From positions 41,627 to 105,626 of the IMG/VR virus record IMGVR_UViG_3300025941_000015: a stretch of 64,000 nucleotides of DNA. One strand, given 5' to 3'. Shown one piece after another: positions 28,092 through 38,446 of this stretch. Each line of letters begins with the position of its first letter. Within the stretch, counting starts at the first letter, position 1. A program made the position numbers and the translations under genes. The notes below the pieces were generated by a model. The model made no database searches, was not told the DNA's origin, and worked only from the letters and a program-made list of their open reading frames with translations. Source of the DNA: a virus.

Positions 28092-28213
28092 GCAACGCTG
28101 TTGCACAAGACCTGTGTGATCCCCGTATCACCACAGGGTGCGGGAGGATACCAGCAGGGCGTGCCGAACACAACGTCGTTGCAGTGTGACGTCTGACCTA
28201 CGCAACGACGTTG
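28092..28213. repeat. cluster of CAAC-N3-GTTG palindromes
   Basis: GCAACGCTGTTGC 28092, CAACGTCGTTG 28171, GCAACGACGTTG 28202. Confidence 0.75.
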
Positions 28214-28314
28214 TGATCCAGCCGCCTGCACGGTAGCCTACCCCCCCACCGCTTAACCGATCTGACGCCAGCCGGGCGGGCCAGGTCACCCTCAGTCGTA
28301 AAGGCCCTTCAACC

Positions 28315-28752
28315 CTATTCCTCGTACTCAAGAGCAACGGAGTTGTCGTACTCAAGCCCCAACAAGGCCATACGCTCCTGGTGCTTCTCCCAATACCACT
28401 CCACTGCATCGTCGTAGTCGTTGAAGTGCTTCTCGATACGCCGCCCGTCTGGCCACCGCAGGCGACAGCGCCAACGGCCCTTGTGCCACCCAACATTCGG
28501 TGTTTCCACTGAAACGCTGTTGAGCTGGTTGTGGCGATCGCCCCCTATACGCAGGTTGCGCCTCCGGTTGTCCAGCGTGTTCTTGTTGATGTGGTCGACC
28601 ACGTCACCCGGCTGGGCGCCCATGATGTGCCGGTGGAGGTACACCATCTTGCCGTTCAAGCGCCTTACGGCATAGCGGTAGCTCTTCCCATGGCGCCCAA
28701 ACTCGCAGATGTACCAGCCTGTGAGGTCAATATCCGGGTCGGCAACGATCAT
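28315..28752 (-). CDS. HNH homing endonuclease (HNH_3 plus AP2-like tail)
   Basis: YLHRHIM...VDHINKNTLDNRRRNLR; opposite strand, visibly more A/T-rich. Confidence 0.85.
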   Translation of the reverse strand: MIVADPDIDLTGWYICEFGRHGKSYRYAVRRLNGKMVYLHRHIMGAQPGDVVDHINKNTLDNRRRNLRIGGDRHNQLNSVSVETPNVGWHKGRWRCRLRWPDGRRIEKHFNDYDDAVEWYWEKHQERMALLGLEYDNSVALEYEE

Positions 28753-28842
28753 GTCGAAAGGGTAGCAGCGCAGGGGCTGTAACAGCGTTGTGGCTGGCCG
28801 CCCATCGTGCTACCCTCCTCCCTCTACCAAGGAGGATCAGCA

Positions 28843-31800
28843 GTGGAAGCGCACATCAGTACCTACGGCACCGAGGCGGGGAGCACTCAGCACTGGCAGT
28901 TGTTCGTCGACGGCCTGTTCATTGCCGAAACGTCGGTACCGGAGCATCTGGTGGTGTTCCAGCGCATTGCTGATGTGGTCAATGTTGGAGCCTGTACCTG
29001 TCAGCCGTACTGGCCTGTCGGCCATCCGAACCACATCTGCACCTGTGGGGCGTTTGTGAGCAACAGCGTTGAATCTGGCGGCACGGCGAACCATGGGGCA
29101 TGAATGGGTCGATTTCACCGTGCGGGCGAAGCTCTCACGACACAACTCCGCTCAGGACGACTTCGACGACGAGCGGTGGGCCGAATTGCGCCGTTTGATC
29201 GAGGAGCTGTGCAAGCAGTTCACTGATATTGACGCAGAGGCGTACTCATGAGCGTGCAGTGCCACGGAACCACCAGTCAGGGGCGCTGTCGTCGTCAGGC
29301 CGAAGAGGGTTCAATTACCTGCCATCTGCACGAGCACCACGACGTCCGTGGTGCGTACGAGTTGAAGACGAATACGGAGATCCGGCGGCCCGGTGAAGTG
29401 GCTATCGGCGTATTCGGCGGCAAGCCGGACGGATTCGCCTGGGTGTCGGCCGACAAGGCTCGGGCCTTCGCTATGGAGCTGTTGCGGGCGGCTCGCGACG
29501 CCGATGACTACGCTCAGGGGCTCCCATGACCGAACGGCATTGCAAGTGGTGCGGTATCCGGCTGCCGTGGTGGCGCTGGAGGAACTGTCGAGACTGCCAC
29601 TTCGATCTTGTGTTCGACCGCTCGTCCCCCACTCACCGCAAGAACGCCCGCTACCCGTCAGTAACGGACGAACCATGATCACGGCGACCATCCACGACGA
29701 CTACAACGGATCAGGCCGAGTAACCCAAGTGCGCGTCGGCAACGTCATCGTCTGGACTTGGGCCTGGCACGTCGATGGCCCACCATCAGCCGACCTCGCC
29801 GACCTGCTCAACACACTTGCCCGTTACCCGTCAGTAACGGACCAAGCCACACACAACACCGAGGAGTACTACGGCTTCGAGCCGGGTCAGAAGGTAGGAG
29901 AAGTCATGACCGGACCAGAAGGCTTCGTGGACGACGATCCACGAGGCGTGCCCACCGAGCTGCTGCAAGCATGGTGGCACGAGACGATCGACAACATGTT
30001 CAACGACGGGCTGCTGCCGTTGCGCATGATCTGTGACAACAAGGCGGGCAACCGCATGAGCATCAGCTACATGGCACCAGAGGAAGAGGAAGAATGAGCA
30101 AGGACGTGAACATCACCAGCGAGAGCGGTAAGCGGGTGACGATCGAGCGCAACGTCGTTTCCAACACGGAGCACGCCGTCTACCGGTCGGAGATCGGTGT
30201 GTGGCCCGACGACAAGCCCTCCCAGCGCGCCTGGGCGCTCTCGGTCGTGACACAGAAGCTGATCCCGCTGTTCAAGACCGATGACGACCTGAGTGAGCTG
30301 TTCGAGGCCGCTGAGCGGATCGTGGAGTGGGTAGAGAACGGGAAGGAAGAGGAATCGTGATCCCCCAAGGACGAGTTACACCGGCCACGCTGCAGAAGCG
30401 GGCCGAGGAGATGGCGAAGCTGTTCGCCGAGTTCGCCGACATGGTGAAACGGGTGCAACTGCCTGAGTCGGCGCTCGGGCAGCAGTACATCGACCCGAAG
30501 GGCTCCTACATCGAGCGGAGCCGGGCGAAGCAGGACTGGTACCGGGACACGCCGACCATGCCCCTGCACGTGGTCACCACGCCCCCGAGCGAGCACGTCG
30601 AGCAACTGCAGGCCATCTCCAGGGGCATGGCCAACGCTGTTCGGCGGATCCGAAAGCTGGAGGAGGACGTGCGTCTCCTGCACGAGGCGCAGTTGGCTAC
30701 TGTTCAGGACGTGCTCAGACTGCAGGAGAGCGTGAGACGTCTGGAACACCACGATGGCTCGCAGCAGGAGCACGGCTGATGCCCCGCCCCGCTGCCGCCC
30801 AGGAGCCCCATCTCGGGTGGGCCACCTCCGAAGACATGATGCGTGAACTGATCTGCCGGTTCAAGATGACTCAGTACACCGACGGCATCGAATCGTTCGC
30901 CGCCGTGGAACGTGCCCTGGTCTTGGCGGAGATGCTCGGCAGCATGAGTGCCCCCGAGCGCGAGTACCGAACGGTGGACGGCTGATGCCCGGACCCGCCA
31001 CCGTCGACTCGCTCGTCTTCCAGGGCTGCTCCATCCATCGGGGCCACAACGTGAAGCTCTGCATCGGGTGTGTGGACGATTCGCTCCGCAGGCTCGTCAT
31101 GGTCGTCCAGACGCTGGTCGACGTCAGCGAGGAGCGTCACGCCGCCACCCTGGAGCGCCAGGATGCCACCATCGAATCCTTCAAGGCCATCAAGACCGCT
31201 CTAGAGCTGTTGCACCCAGAGGAGATCACCGAGTGAACCGCGTCGGCTGGCGCAAGACCGAAGTGGTCGAGGGCCACTTCCACTGGTACCAGCCGAGCGA
31301 TGATCTGACCGTCACGGGCATCAACATGCCAATGACGGGCGGGATGCCGGAGATCTTCCACACACACATGATCAGGGGTGCGATCGGCACGACCACGAGC
31401 GGTCAGGTCGAGAAGGACGCCCCGTTCCACTTCCACCAGTTCCCAGCCCCATGAGCGACGACATCTCTGTGCGCGAGGAGCGCTTCATCGCGCCTGACCT
31501 TCACGGCGACGAGATCCGCATGGGCATCCGCATGATGTCGGTCGGGCCCGCTGGCGAAGAGTGGCTGAACGAGCATGCGCCCGGCTGGCGCGACCACGTG
31601 ACCACCATGGACATGAACGTCGCCCTCACAGTCTCCGACTCCGAGGTGCTGCGTACGGCAGCACCGATCCAACTGATCAAGAGCTGCCGAGCCATGCTCG
31701 CCAGAGCGCTGGCGGAGAAGATCATCGATCGCCTCGAACCCATCACCTCGCGCTACACCACCGACCGCCACGAGCACATCCGAGTGTCGAAGTGACGGGC

Positions 31801-32156
31801 TGCCCGATCTGCGGTGCGGCTGCGCCCCCGGCGAGGGACGCCGTGACCCGCTGCGACAACGGCCACGTGTTCTCACTGAACGACAGCGTGCCGAGCAGCC
31901 CCGAGGTGAACGACGAGCACTGGGATGAGCTGTGGCTCAGATTCAACGACGTCAAGGGGGAGTTCGAGCTGTCATGAAGCACGATCTGAACTTCGGGATC
32001 ACTCGCGAGGAGTACATGCGCGACATCGAGCCCTCGCTGACAAGGCCGCTGTCGCTAGGTGCTCAGCAGACACGGGGCCCGGCGGTCGGGGCCGCAGGGG
32101 CCAATCAGCTCAAGGACATTGAGGTGCGCCGCAAGAAGCCGCCCAAGGACGGCTGA
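28843..32156 (+). CDS. run of about 13 small coupled hypothetical genes (e.g. 29248-29529, 29526-29678, 29675-30097, 30094-30360, 30357-30779, 30779-30985, 30985-31236, 31233-31454, 31451-31795)
   Basis: Continuous ATGA/TGATG coupling; no recognisable families. Confidence 0.55.
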
Positions 32157-32329
32157 CTCAGCGTCTATGGTGAGGTAGTCCCCCCGCCCGACAACAATCA
32201 ACTCTTGTGCAGGGTGAGGCCCGGCGCGTCGCTAACTTCATTACTCACAGGCGGACGGGGGGACACCTCAGGGCCGATTGTCCACATCCCACCGTCTACT
32301 CTGGGGACAACGCCTACACAGGAGGAATC

Positions 32330-32521
32330 ATGTTTGCAGTCGTGCTCGCAGCGGATGACGGGATCTGGACAGGCAAGTTCACGCTTGCCGATGTCTGCTT
32401 CCTCGTTGCCTTCATTCTGTTCATCATCGCCTTCGTGATCCGGGTCCAGGCCAAGGCGATCGACGCAGCGATCGTTGCCGCAGCGTTCGCTGCCGTGGCG
32501 CTCGGCTGGCTCGTCCTATGA
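32330..32521 (+). CDS. small two-TM membrane protein
   Basis: GGAGG RBS; hydrophobic. Confidence 0.65.
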   Translation: MFAVVLAADDGIWTGKFTLADVCFLVAFILFIIAFVIRVQAKAIDAAIVAAAFAAVALGWLVL

Positions 32522-32578
32522 CCCCCTGATCTCGACCTCATTCCCTGACATACGAAAGGGGGTGCTGTATCTGCCAGG

Positions 32579-32597
32579 AGGGGCCTTCGGGCCCCTT
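32579..32597 (+). terminator. UUCG-capped hairpin
   Basis: aggggcc-ttcg-ggcccct. Confidence 0.6.
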
Positions 32598-32680
32598 CTG
32601 CGCGTGTTAGGTTGCGCACAACAACAATGACGTTGTAGAGTGGTACCCGTAACACCCAACCACAACAAGGAGAACAGAAC

Positions 32681-33100
32681 ATGGCAACCATCGAGATCGT
32701 CGGAGCCGCAGAGGTGGCCGAGATCCTCGGCATTGGGAACACGAACTTCTCCCACCTGCGCAAGCAGCGGGCCGGTACTGACGATGCGTTCCCTGATCCC
32801 ATCGTCGTGCTCAAGTGTGGCCCGATCTGGAAGAAGAGCGACGCCGTCAAGTACGCCAAGACGTATGCGGCTCGCCGTCGGCACATCCCCGCTCCGGCGG
32901 CGCCGAATGGCACGGCAGTCGAGGCGAAGAACGGCACGGCCGTTGCCAAGAAGGTCGCCTCGACCCCCAAGGCCAAGGCCACTCCAGTGGAGAAGGCCGC
33001 TGCGACCCCGAGCAAGAAGGTCGCTCCCCGCGAGAAGGTCGCTCCCCGCAAGCTGCCCGCCAAGAAGGCTCCGGTCAAGAAGCTGGCCCTGGCGCGATGA
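32681..33100 (+). CDS. HTH DNA-binding protein with histone-H1-like K/A/P tail
   Basis: VGAAEVAEILG...FPDP...GPIW, then KKVAP/PAKKA repeats; upstream TTGC...CAATGACGTTG-TAGAGT promoter variant. Confidence 0.8.
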   Translation: MATIEIVGAAEVAEILGIGNTNFSHLRKQRAGTDDAFPDPIVVLKCGPIWKKSDAVKYAKTYAARRRHIPAPAAPNGTAVEAKNGTAVAKKVASTPKAKATPVEKAAATPSKKVAPREKVAPRKLPAKKAPVKKLALAR

Positions 33101-33162
33101 TGTCTCTGACCTTGGAGCGGTGGACCGTCCTCCACCGCTCCTCGGTCTGAGTCGAGGCTCTG

Positions 33163-33495
33163 ATGGCATTCCCAGGAAGCAAGTTCGCCCCCGGCACGGT
33201 CAACACCGAGGTGCTCCAGCCGGAGCAGTTCTCCAAGCCCGGCCCGTGGTACCCCATGGTCTCCTCACGTGTGACCGAGGCGCGCTACGACAAGGGCCTC
33301 ATGCAGATCCACGTCATCTTCCGAGACGGCACCCCGTGGGTGTACGACGGCGTGCCCACCAACATCTGGCGCAACTTCCGTCGATCCGCATCACCCGGCA
33401 AGTTCATCAACCGTGTGCTCAACGGGTACAGCAATTACCACGGTGGCTTCAACTACGCTGATGACAGTGGGGAAGACGAAGACGACGGTGAGTGA
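33163..33495 (+). CDS. KTSC-domain protein
   Basis: SSRV...YD...VIFRDG..WVYDGVP..IW..F..SASPGKFIN. Confidence 0.8.
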   Translation: MAFPGSKFAPGTVNTEVLQPEQFSKPGPWYPMVSSRVTEARYDKGLMQIHVIFRDGTPWVYDGVPTNIWRNFRRSASPGKFINRVLNGYSNYHGGFNYADDSGEDEDDGE

Positions 33496-33734
33496 TCACC
33501 ATCCGGCATGGTTGAAGTTCCACAGGATCTTGTAACCAGCGATCGCTGCTGCCACCGCTAGCAGGATCGGCACAACGGTGTGATACCAGGCCAGCTCGCC
33601 CTGGCGAGGGGGTCTCTTTCGCACCGGACTACTCCTACCAAGGATCACTCGACGCTCACATGACCTTTGTGGCTTCTCGGAGCTGAAGGCATTAGCGTCG
33701 CGGGTTCGTAACCCGACCGAAGGGAAACCGAAAC

Positions 33735-34241
33735 ATGACAAGCAAACGTTTGATGGCGATCGCCCTGGGTGCACTTGCCCTGGCGACCACCGCCTGTACA
33801 CCGTCCCAGATCAACACCTGGGTCAGTTGGCACAACAGCGATCCTGCTGCTGCCGATGCGTTCTTGGAGACACCCGAGTTCCAAGAACTCAGCGACGATG
33901 GTCTGCAAGAAGCAGTCCGACTCAACCCACCTGCCGCCCCGGCTGGAGGGTCAACCGACTCATCCAATGGACAGTGCGTCGGATTCAAGGGTCTGCTCGC
34001 TCAGTACAACCCCGGCTGGTCCGTAGACCGCATGGCCGGGATCATGTACCGCGAGAGTCGCTGTGATCCCTCGGCTTCCAACTCGTGCTGTTCGGGACTG
34101 CTCCAGATGCACCGGATGCACGTTCCTGTCCCCGAGTGCGGCGTGTGGTCTCGTAACGACCTCTACAACGCCGAAGCCAACGTCTGTGCCGCCGCTCAAC
34201 TGTTCAGGGCATCGGGCTACGGCGCCTGGTCAACGTCATGA
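33735..34241 (+). CDS. lipoprotein with lytic transglycosylase (SLT) domain
   Basis: Signal ending in lipobox TTAC; IMYRES, GLLQM, N...A, GAWS. Confidence 0.8.
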   Translation: MTSKRLMAIALGALALATTACTPSQINTWVSWHNSDPAAADAFLETPEFQELSDDGLQEAVRLNPPAAPAGGSTDSSNGQCVGFKGLLAQYNPGWSVDRMAGIMYRESRCDPSASNSCCSGLLQMHRMHVPVPECGVWSRNDLYNAEANVCAAAQLFRASGYGAWSTS

Positions 34242-35080
34242 ACATCACCAGCGTTGTGGCAAGCCTGGTGGAGCTGTAGCATGTCGCCCGTCGGGTTCCC
34301 CCGCATTCAACGCCCCTGCCGCTTCAACCCGGTATGCGGGGAACGCACAAGCGAACGGCACCGTCCATCGGGTCTCTGGATTCACGTCCTATTCCCAGGG
34401 CACCGCCCGCCGCACGTCCCTTCCCAGGGGGAGCCCGACGCGCCATGACCGACGACGGACTGATTGCTTTCGTGGCCTGGTGCCGCATGAACAAGCCGAC
34501 CATCGTGTTCGACCCCGAGGTAGCACGACGCGTCTACGATGCCTATGACAACGACCGTGACCCGAGGGTGCGGTACCCGTCAGTAACGAACGACCCTGAC
34601 CCTCTCAACCCACCGGGACCGCAAGGAAGATGAAGCGCAGCACAGCAGCCAACGTCGTCATCGTGGCGGCGCTCTTCGTCTTGATGGTCGTGCTGTTCGT
34701 CATTGCTGGCTGGATCCTGAATGGCGCTCTGTGATCGTCCAGATCGTCGCTGGTGCTGGTCTCATCTTCTTGGGGGCCTTGACGATCGGTCTGATCATCG
34801 AGGACTGGATCGAGAACGGTAGATGAGCCGCGGTATCCCCCCGATCGAGCGCTTGCCGCTCTGTGGCAAGGAGTACCGGTACGCCAAGAAGACCCTGACC
34901 TGTAGACGGGCCGAGGGACACAGAGGGAAGCACCGCGTGTCACGCGAGGCCATCACCGACGAGATCAGGATCCGAGCACGCAATGCAAACACCTGACTAT
35001 GTAGTCATCGCCGTCATCATCGGCATTCTCACCGCCTGCCTCCTCCTCGATGTGTGGGTCAGGAAGAAGTGGGGTGGGTG

Positions 35081-35601
35081 ATGAACAAGGTGTGGCTTCA
35101 CAGCTACTGGGTGATGCTCGGCGTCGAGTCGGGTGAGCGCTCGAAGCTCATCCAACGGGCCTGGCTCACCTCTGTATTACCGCCCTTCTATCGGGGTACA
35201 GGTATCTCGATCCGCCTCGGCAGGCGTTCTCTCAAGGTCGGCGTGTGCTATCCCCGCATGCCCGTGACCGTGGACGAGTACACCTACGTTGACGACATGG
35301 AGCAGAACCTCGATGCCCTCCTTGGGTACGAGCTGAAACAGGAGCAAGAGGAGATCAGGAAGTGGCGCGTAGACGAACAGAGCCCGACAAGCACGACACC
35401 GACTTCAGACGCAAGCTGAGCCGCATCCCCAAGAGGGATGTGATGACGATGGTCGACGGCCACGTCGGGGAGGTCAGCAGAGCTGTGCTGGCAATGCAGA
35501 CGGGCCCCGAGCCGCAGTTCGCCCACGCTCTGTGGGAAGCGACCCGTTTGTCAAGAGAGTTGACGATCATGCTCGAAGAGCTGAGCCCCTTTGAGACCTA
35601 A
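35081..35601 (+). CDS. two hypothetical genes upstream of terminase (35081-35419, ~35362-35601)
   Basis: ORF track and codon usage. Confidence 0.5.
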
Positions 35602-35922
35602 ACGTCATTGTTTGAATCCTGTTGATCCGGTAACTTGTTACACATGAGCAATGGGCATTACGAAGCACAGGAAGCGGCTTCCGACGTTCGTGCCTTCATG
35701 GCGAGCTACGGGGCCGATTGCGAGGTGTTGCCTGCGGGCGATCGCGTCGTCATCCATATCCCCCTCCAGTCCGTTACCGATCTGCTCTCTGCGTCTCTCA
35801 TTCGAGGACACGTCGTGTCGCGGCCACGACCGAGCCTCGAATCCGTCTGACCCCCAAGTCAGTAGCCAACAGCCGGGCCGCCCAGGGCCCGGCTGCTGCG
35901 CGCCCGTAGTAGCGTTGTGCGC

Positions 35923-37524
35923 GTGACGACGGTCGTGGAGATCCCAGAGGACGAGATCGCCCCTCCTCAATACGACGCAGTCGACGACTCCGCCTACGGG
36001 GAGGACGAGGATGACGCCATCTACCTCGACCCGTCGAGCGAGGAGTTCATCCACGAGCTGACGGTGCGGACCCTCATCTTCGCTGAGGAGTTCTGTGCGG
36101 TGAACCTGTTCCCGTACCAGAAGGAAGTGGCCTACCGGGTCATCCAGTCGGTGCTGCTCGGCGACGGTGAGGAGATCACCGTGCTCCAGGCCCGCCAGTC
36201 GGGCAAGAGTGAGACCCTCGCCTGCTGCATCGTGGCCATCATGGTGCTCCTGCCGCTCCTGGCGAAGAGCTACCCGGAGCTGCTCGGCAAGTTCTCCAAG
36301 GGATGCTGGGTCGGCGTGTTCGCCCCGACCGAGCTGCAGGCCGAGACGGTGTGGTCCCGTGTGCACGACCGCCTGACGAGTGAGAAGGCCATCCAGACGC
36401 TCGGGCACCCCGAGATCGACGACAAGGCTGTGAAGTCGGGTGGCAAGGCCAAGACGGTCACACTGCGCGGCAGCGGCTCGCTGTGCCGCATGCAGACGGC
36501 CAACCCGAAGGCCAAGATCGAGTCGAAGAGCTACCACTTCGTGCTGGTGGACGAGGCCCAGGAGTGCGACGACTACATCGTCCAGAAGTCGATCTCACCG
36601 ACCCTGGCCTTCTACAACGGCACAAAGGTGTTCACCGGCACCCCCAACCGCACCAAGAACTTCTTCTACAACAGCATCCGCTACAACAAGACCCGCCAGA
36701 CCCGAGCACGGCAGCGGCAGAACCACTTCGAGTACAACTACAAGACCGTCATCAAGCACAACCCCGACTACCACAAGTTCGTGCTCAAGGAGCGGGCCCG
36801 CCTCGGCGAGGACTCTGACGAGTTCCAGATGTCGTACAACTGCAAGTGGATGCTCGAACAGGGCATGTACGTGACGGAGGATCGCCTCGACGAGCTGTGC
36901 GATCCCGGCATGGGCCTCGTGCGCTCGTGGTACCGCGACCCGATCGTGATCGGCATCGACCCGGCCCGTACGACCGACTCCACGGTGCTCACCGCCATGT
37001 GGGTGGACTGGAACGCCCCGGACCGCTTCGGCTACTTCGAGCACCGCATCCTCAACTGGCTGGAGATCCACAACAAGACGTGGGAGGAGCAGTACGCCCT
37101 GATGTACGACTTCATCTCCTCCTACAACGTGCTGCGCATCGGCGTTGACGGTCAGGGCATGGGGTCGGCCGTCGCCGAGCGCGTGCAGGCCATGTTCCCC
37201 GACATCGACGTGCACTCCTGCACCTCGGACTCGAAGAACCAGTCAGAGCGCTGGAAGCACCTCTTGGCGCTGATCGAGCGGGGCATGTTCATCTACCCAG
37301 GGAGCGCTCAGGCGCGCCGCACCCGACCGTGGAAGAGGTTCAAGCAGCAGATGGTGGACTTGGAGAAGAAGTTCCAGGGGCCCTACCTGCTCGCCGAGGC
37401 GCCCGACGTGCGTGGCGCCCACGACGACTACCCCGACTCGGCAGCGCTCGCCGCCATCATGACGATCGAGGACATCGTGGAAGAGGTCGAGTCCATCGAC
37501 ACCCCGTTCTCACGGGCCCGCTGA
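35923..37524 (+). CDS. terL: terminase large subunit
   Basis: Walker A ARQSGKS, Walker B VLVDEAQ, TGT, nuclease IGIDPA and HDDYPDS. Confidence 0.93.
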   Translation: MTTVVEIPEDEIAPPQYDAVDDSAYGEDEDDAIYLDPSSEEFIHELTVRTLIFAEEFCAVNLFPYQKEVAYRVIQSVLLGDGEEITVLQARQSGKSETLACCIVAIMVLLPLLAKSYPELLGKFSKGCWVGVFAPTELQAETVWSRVHDRLTSEKAIQTLGHPEIDDKAVKSGGKAKTVTLRGSGSLCRMQTANPKAKIESKSYHFVLVDEAQECDDYIVQKSISPTLAFYNGTKVFTGTPNRTKNFFYNSIRYNKTRQTRARQRQNHFEYNYKTVIKHNPDYHKFVLKERARLGEDSDEFQMSYNCKWMLEQGMYVTEDRLDELCDPGMGLVRSWYRDPIVIGIDPARTTDSTVLTAMWVDWNAPDRFGYFEHRILNWLEIHNKTWEEQYALMYDFISSYNVLRIGVDGQGMGSAVAERVQAMFPDIDVHSCTSDSKNQSERWKHLLALIERGMFIYPGSAQARRTRPWKRFKQQMVDLEKKFQGPYLLAEAPDVRGAHDDYPDSAALAAIMTIEDIVEEVESIDTPFSRAR

Positions 37525-37964
37525 TGGGCGACTTCCACACGGGTGTTTGCATCGTGGGACTGCCTCGCGACGCCGTCGAGGACGAGCACATCACCATCGT
37601 GTACGCCGGGGAGACCGATCAGCTCGTGAGCGCCCCGTTCTCGACCATGTGTGAGGTCGTGAACCGCATGGCGTCGCTGTTCAACCCCTTCCCAGCGTCG
37701 GTCATCGGCCACGACTGGTTCGGCCCGCCGGACGAGCGGGTGCAGGTGGCCAAGCTCGACAGCCCCTTCCTGTACACGATGCGGAGCTGTGTGGAGCACT
37801 TCCACAACAGCCAGTTCGGCTTCCGGCCGCACATCACGGCCGTCAACGGCGTCCTGCGCCCCGTCGGCTCAACGGTCTGGTTCAACCGCATTGCCGTCTG
37901 GTACGGGGAGGACCGCATGGAGCGCGTGCTCGGTGTGGGCATGCCGATGTTCAGCATGCGCTGA
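37524..37964 (+). CDS. 2H phosphoesterase (2'-5' RNA ligase/Acb1-like)
   Basis: Two HxT motifs, HITIVY and PHITA; coupled to terL. Confidence 0.8.
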   Translation: MGDFHTGVCIVGLPRDAVEDEHITIVYAGETDQLVSAPFSTMCEVVNRMASLFNPFPASVIGHDWFGPPDERVQVAKLDSPFLYTMRSCVEHFHNSQFGFRPHITAVNGVLRPVGSTVWFNRIAVWYGEDRMERVLGVGMPMFSMR

Positions 37965-38036
37965 GCCACGGTCGATCCGGCTGAGGCGGCGCATGTACCA
38001 TGAGGTTGTAGCAGGTCCGACACTCAAGGAGAGCAC

Positions 38037-38438
38037 ATGTCACTCGCACCAAACCCGCTGTACCCCGAGCGTGGTGCTCAGGGTTTCGACCAGGGCCTCG
38101 CCCCGTCGATCCCCGGCGGCCGCGGTCCACTCCGGTTCGAGGAGGGCATCGCCACCGACACCGACGTGCCGTCCGACTTCGCTCGTGGTGCGTACTTCGA
38201 CCCGACGTTCTCGCCGACCCGGTTGAACCACAACAACCCCGAGATGCTGTACAAGCGTGCGGAGGAGACCCTCCGGGCTCGTGCGCACGTCGGCTCCAGC
38301 ACGTGGATCGAGGCTCCGGCCATGCTGAGCGACTTCGTCATCGGCGCACAGAGCGGCCAGACGCTGCCGCAGTACGAGACGGCCATGAACCCTGACTACC
38401 GTCAGGCCCGCATGGCGCCGTCCGTCGTCCTCGACTGA
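38037..38438 (+). CDS. conserved virion-associated hypothetical protein
   Basis: GPLRFEEGIATDTDVP...RAHVGSSTWIEAP; AAGGAG RBS. Confidence 0.7.
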   Translation: MSLAPNPLYPERGAQGFDQGLAPSIPGGRGPLRFEEGIATDTDVPSDFARGAYFDPTFSPTRLNHNNPEMLYKRAEETLRARAHVGSSTWIEAPAMLSDFVIGAQSGQTLPQYETAMNPDYRQARMAPSVVLD

Positions 38439-38446
38439 GGAGCCTC

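Noticed and set aside
33690-33720. tRNA or ydaO c-di-AMP riboswitch upstream of the SLT gene
   Set aside because: Only one hairpin; conserved riboswitch segments and cloverleaf not seen
33496-33801. Minus-strand membrane peptide
   Set aside because: Only the last ~30 codons look hydrophobic, it overlaps the SLT gene start, and there is no convincing start or RBS
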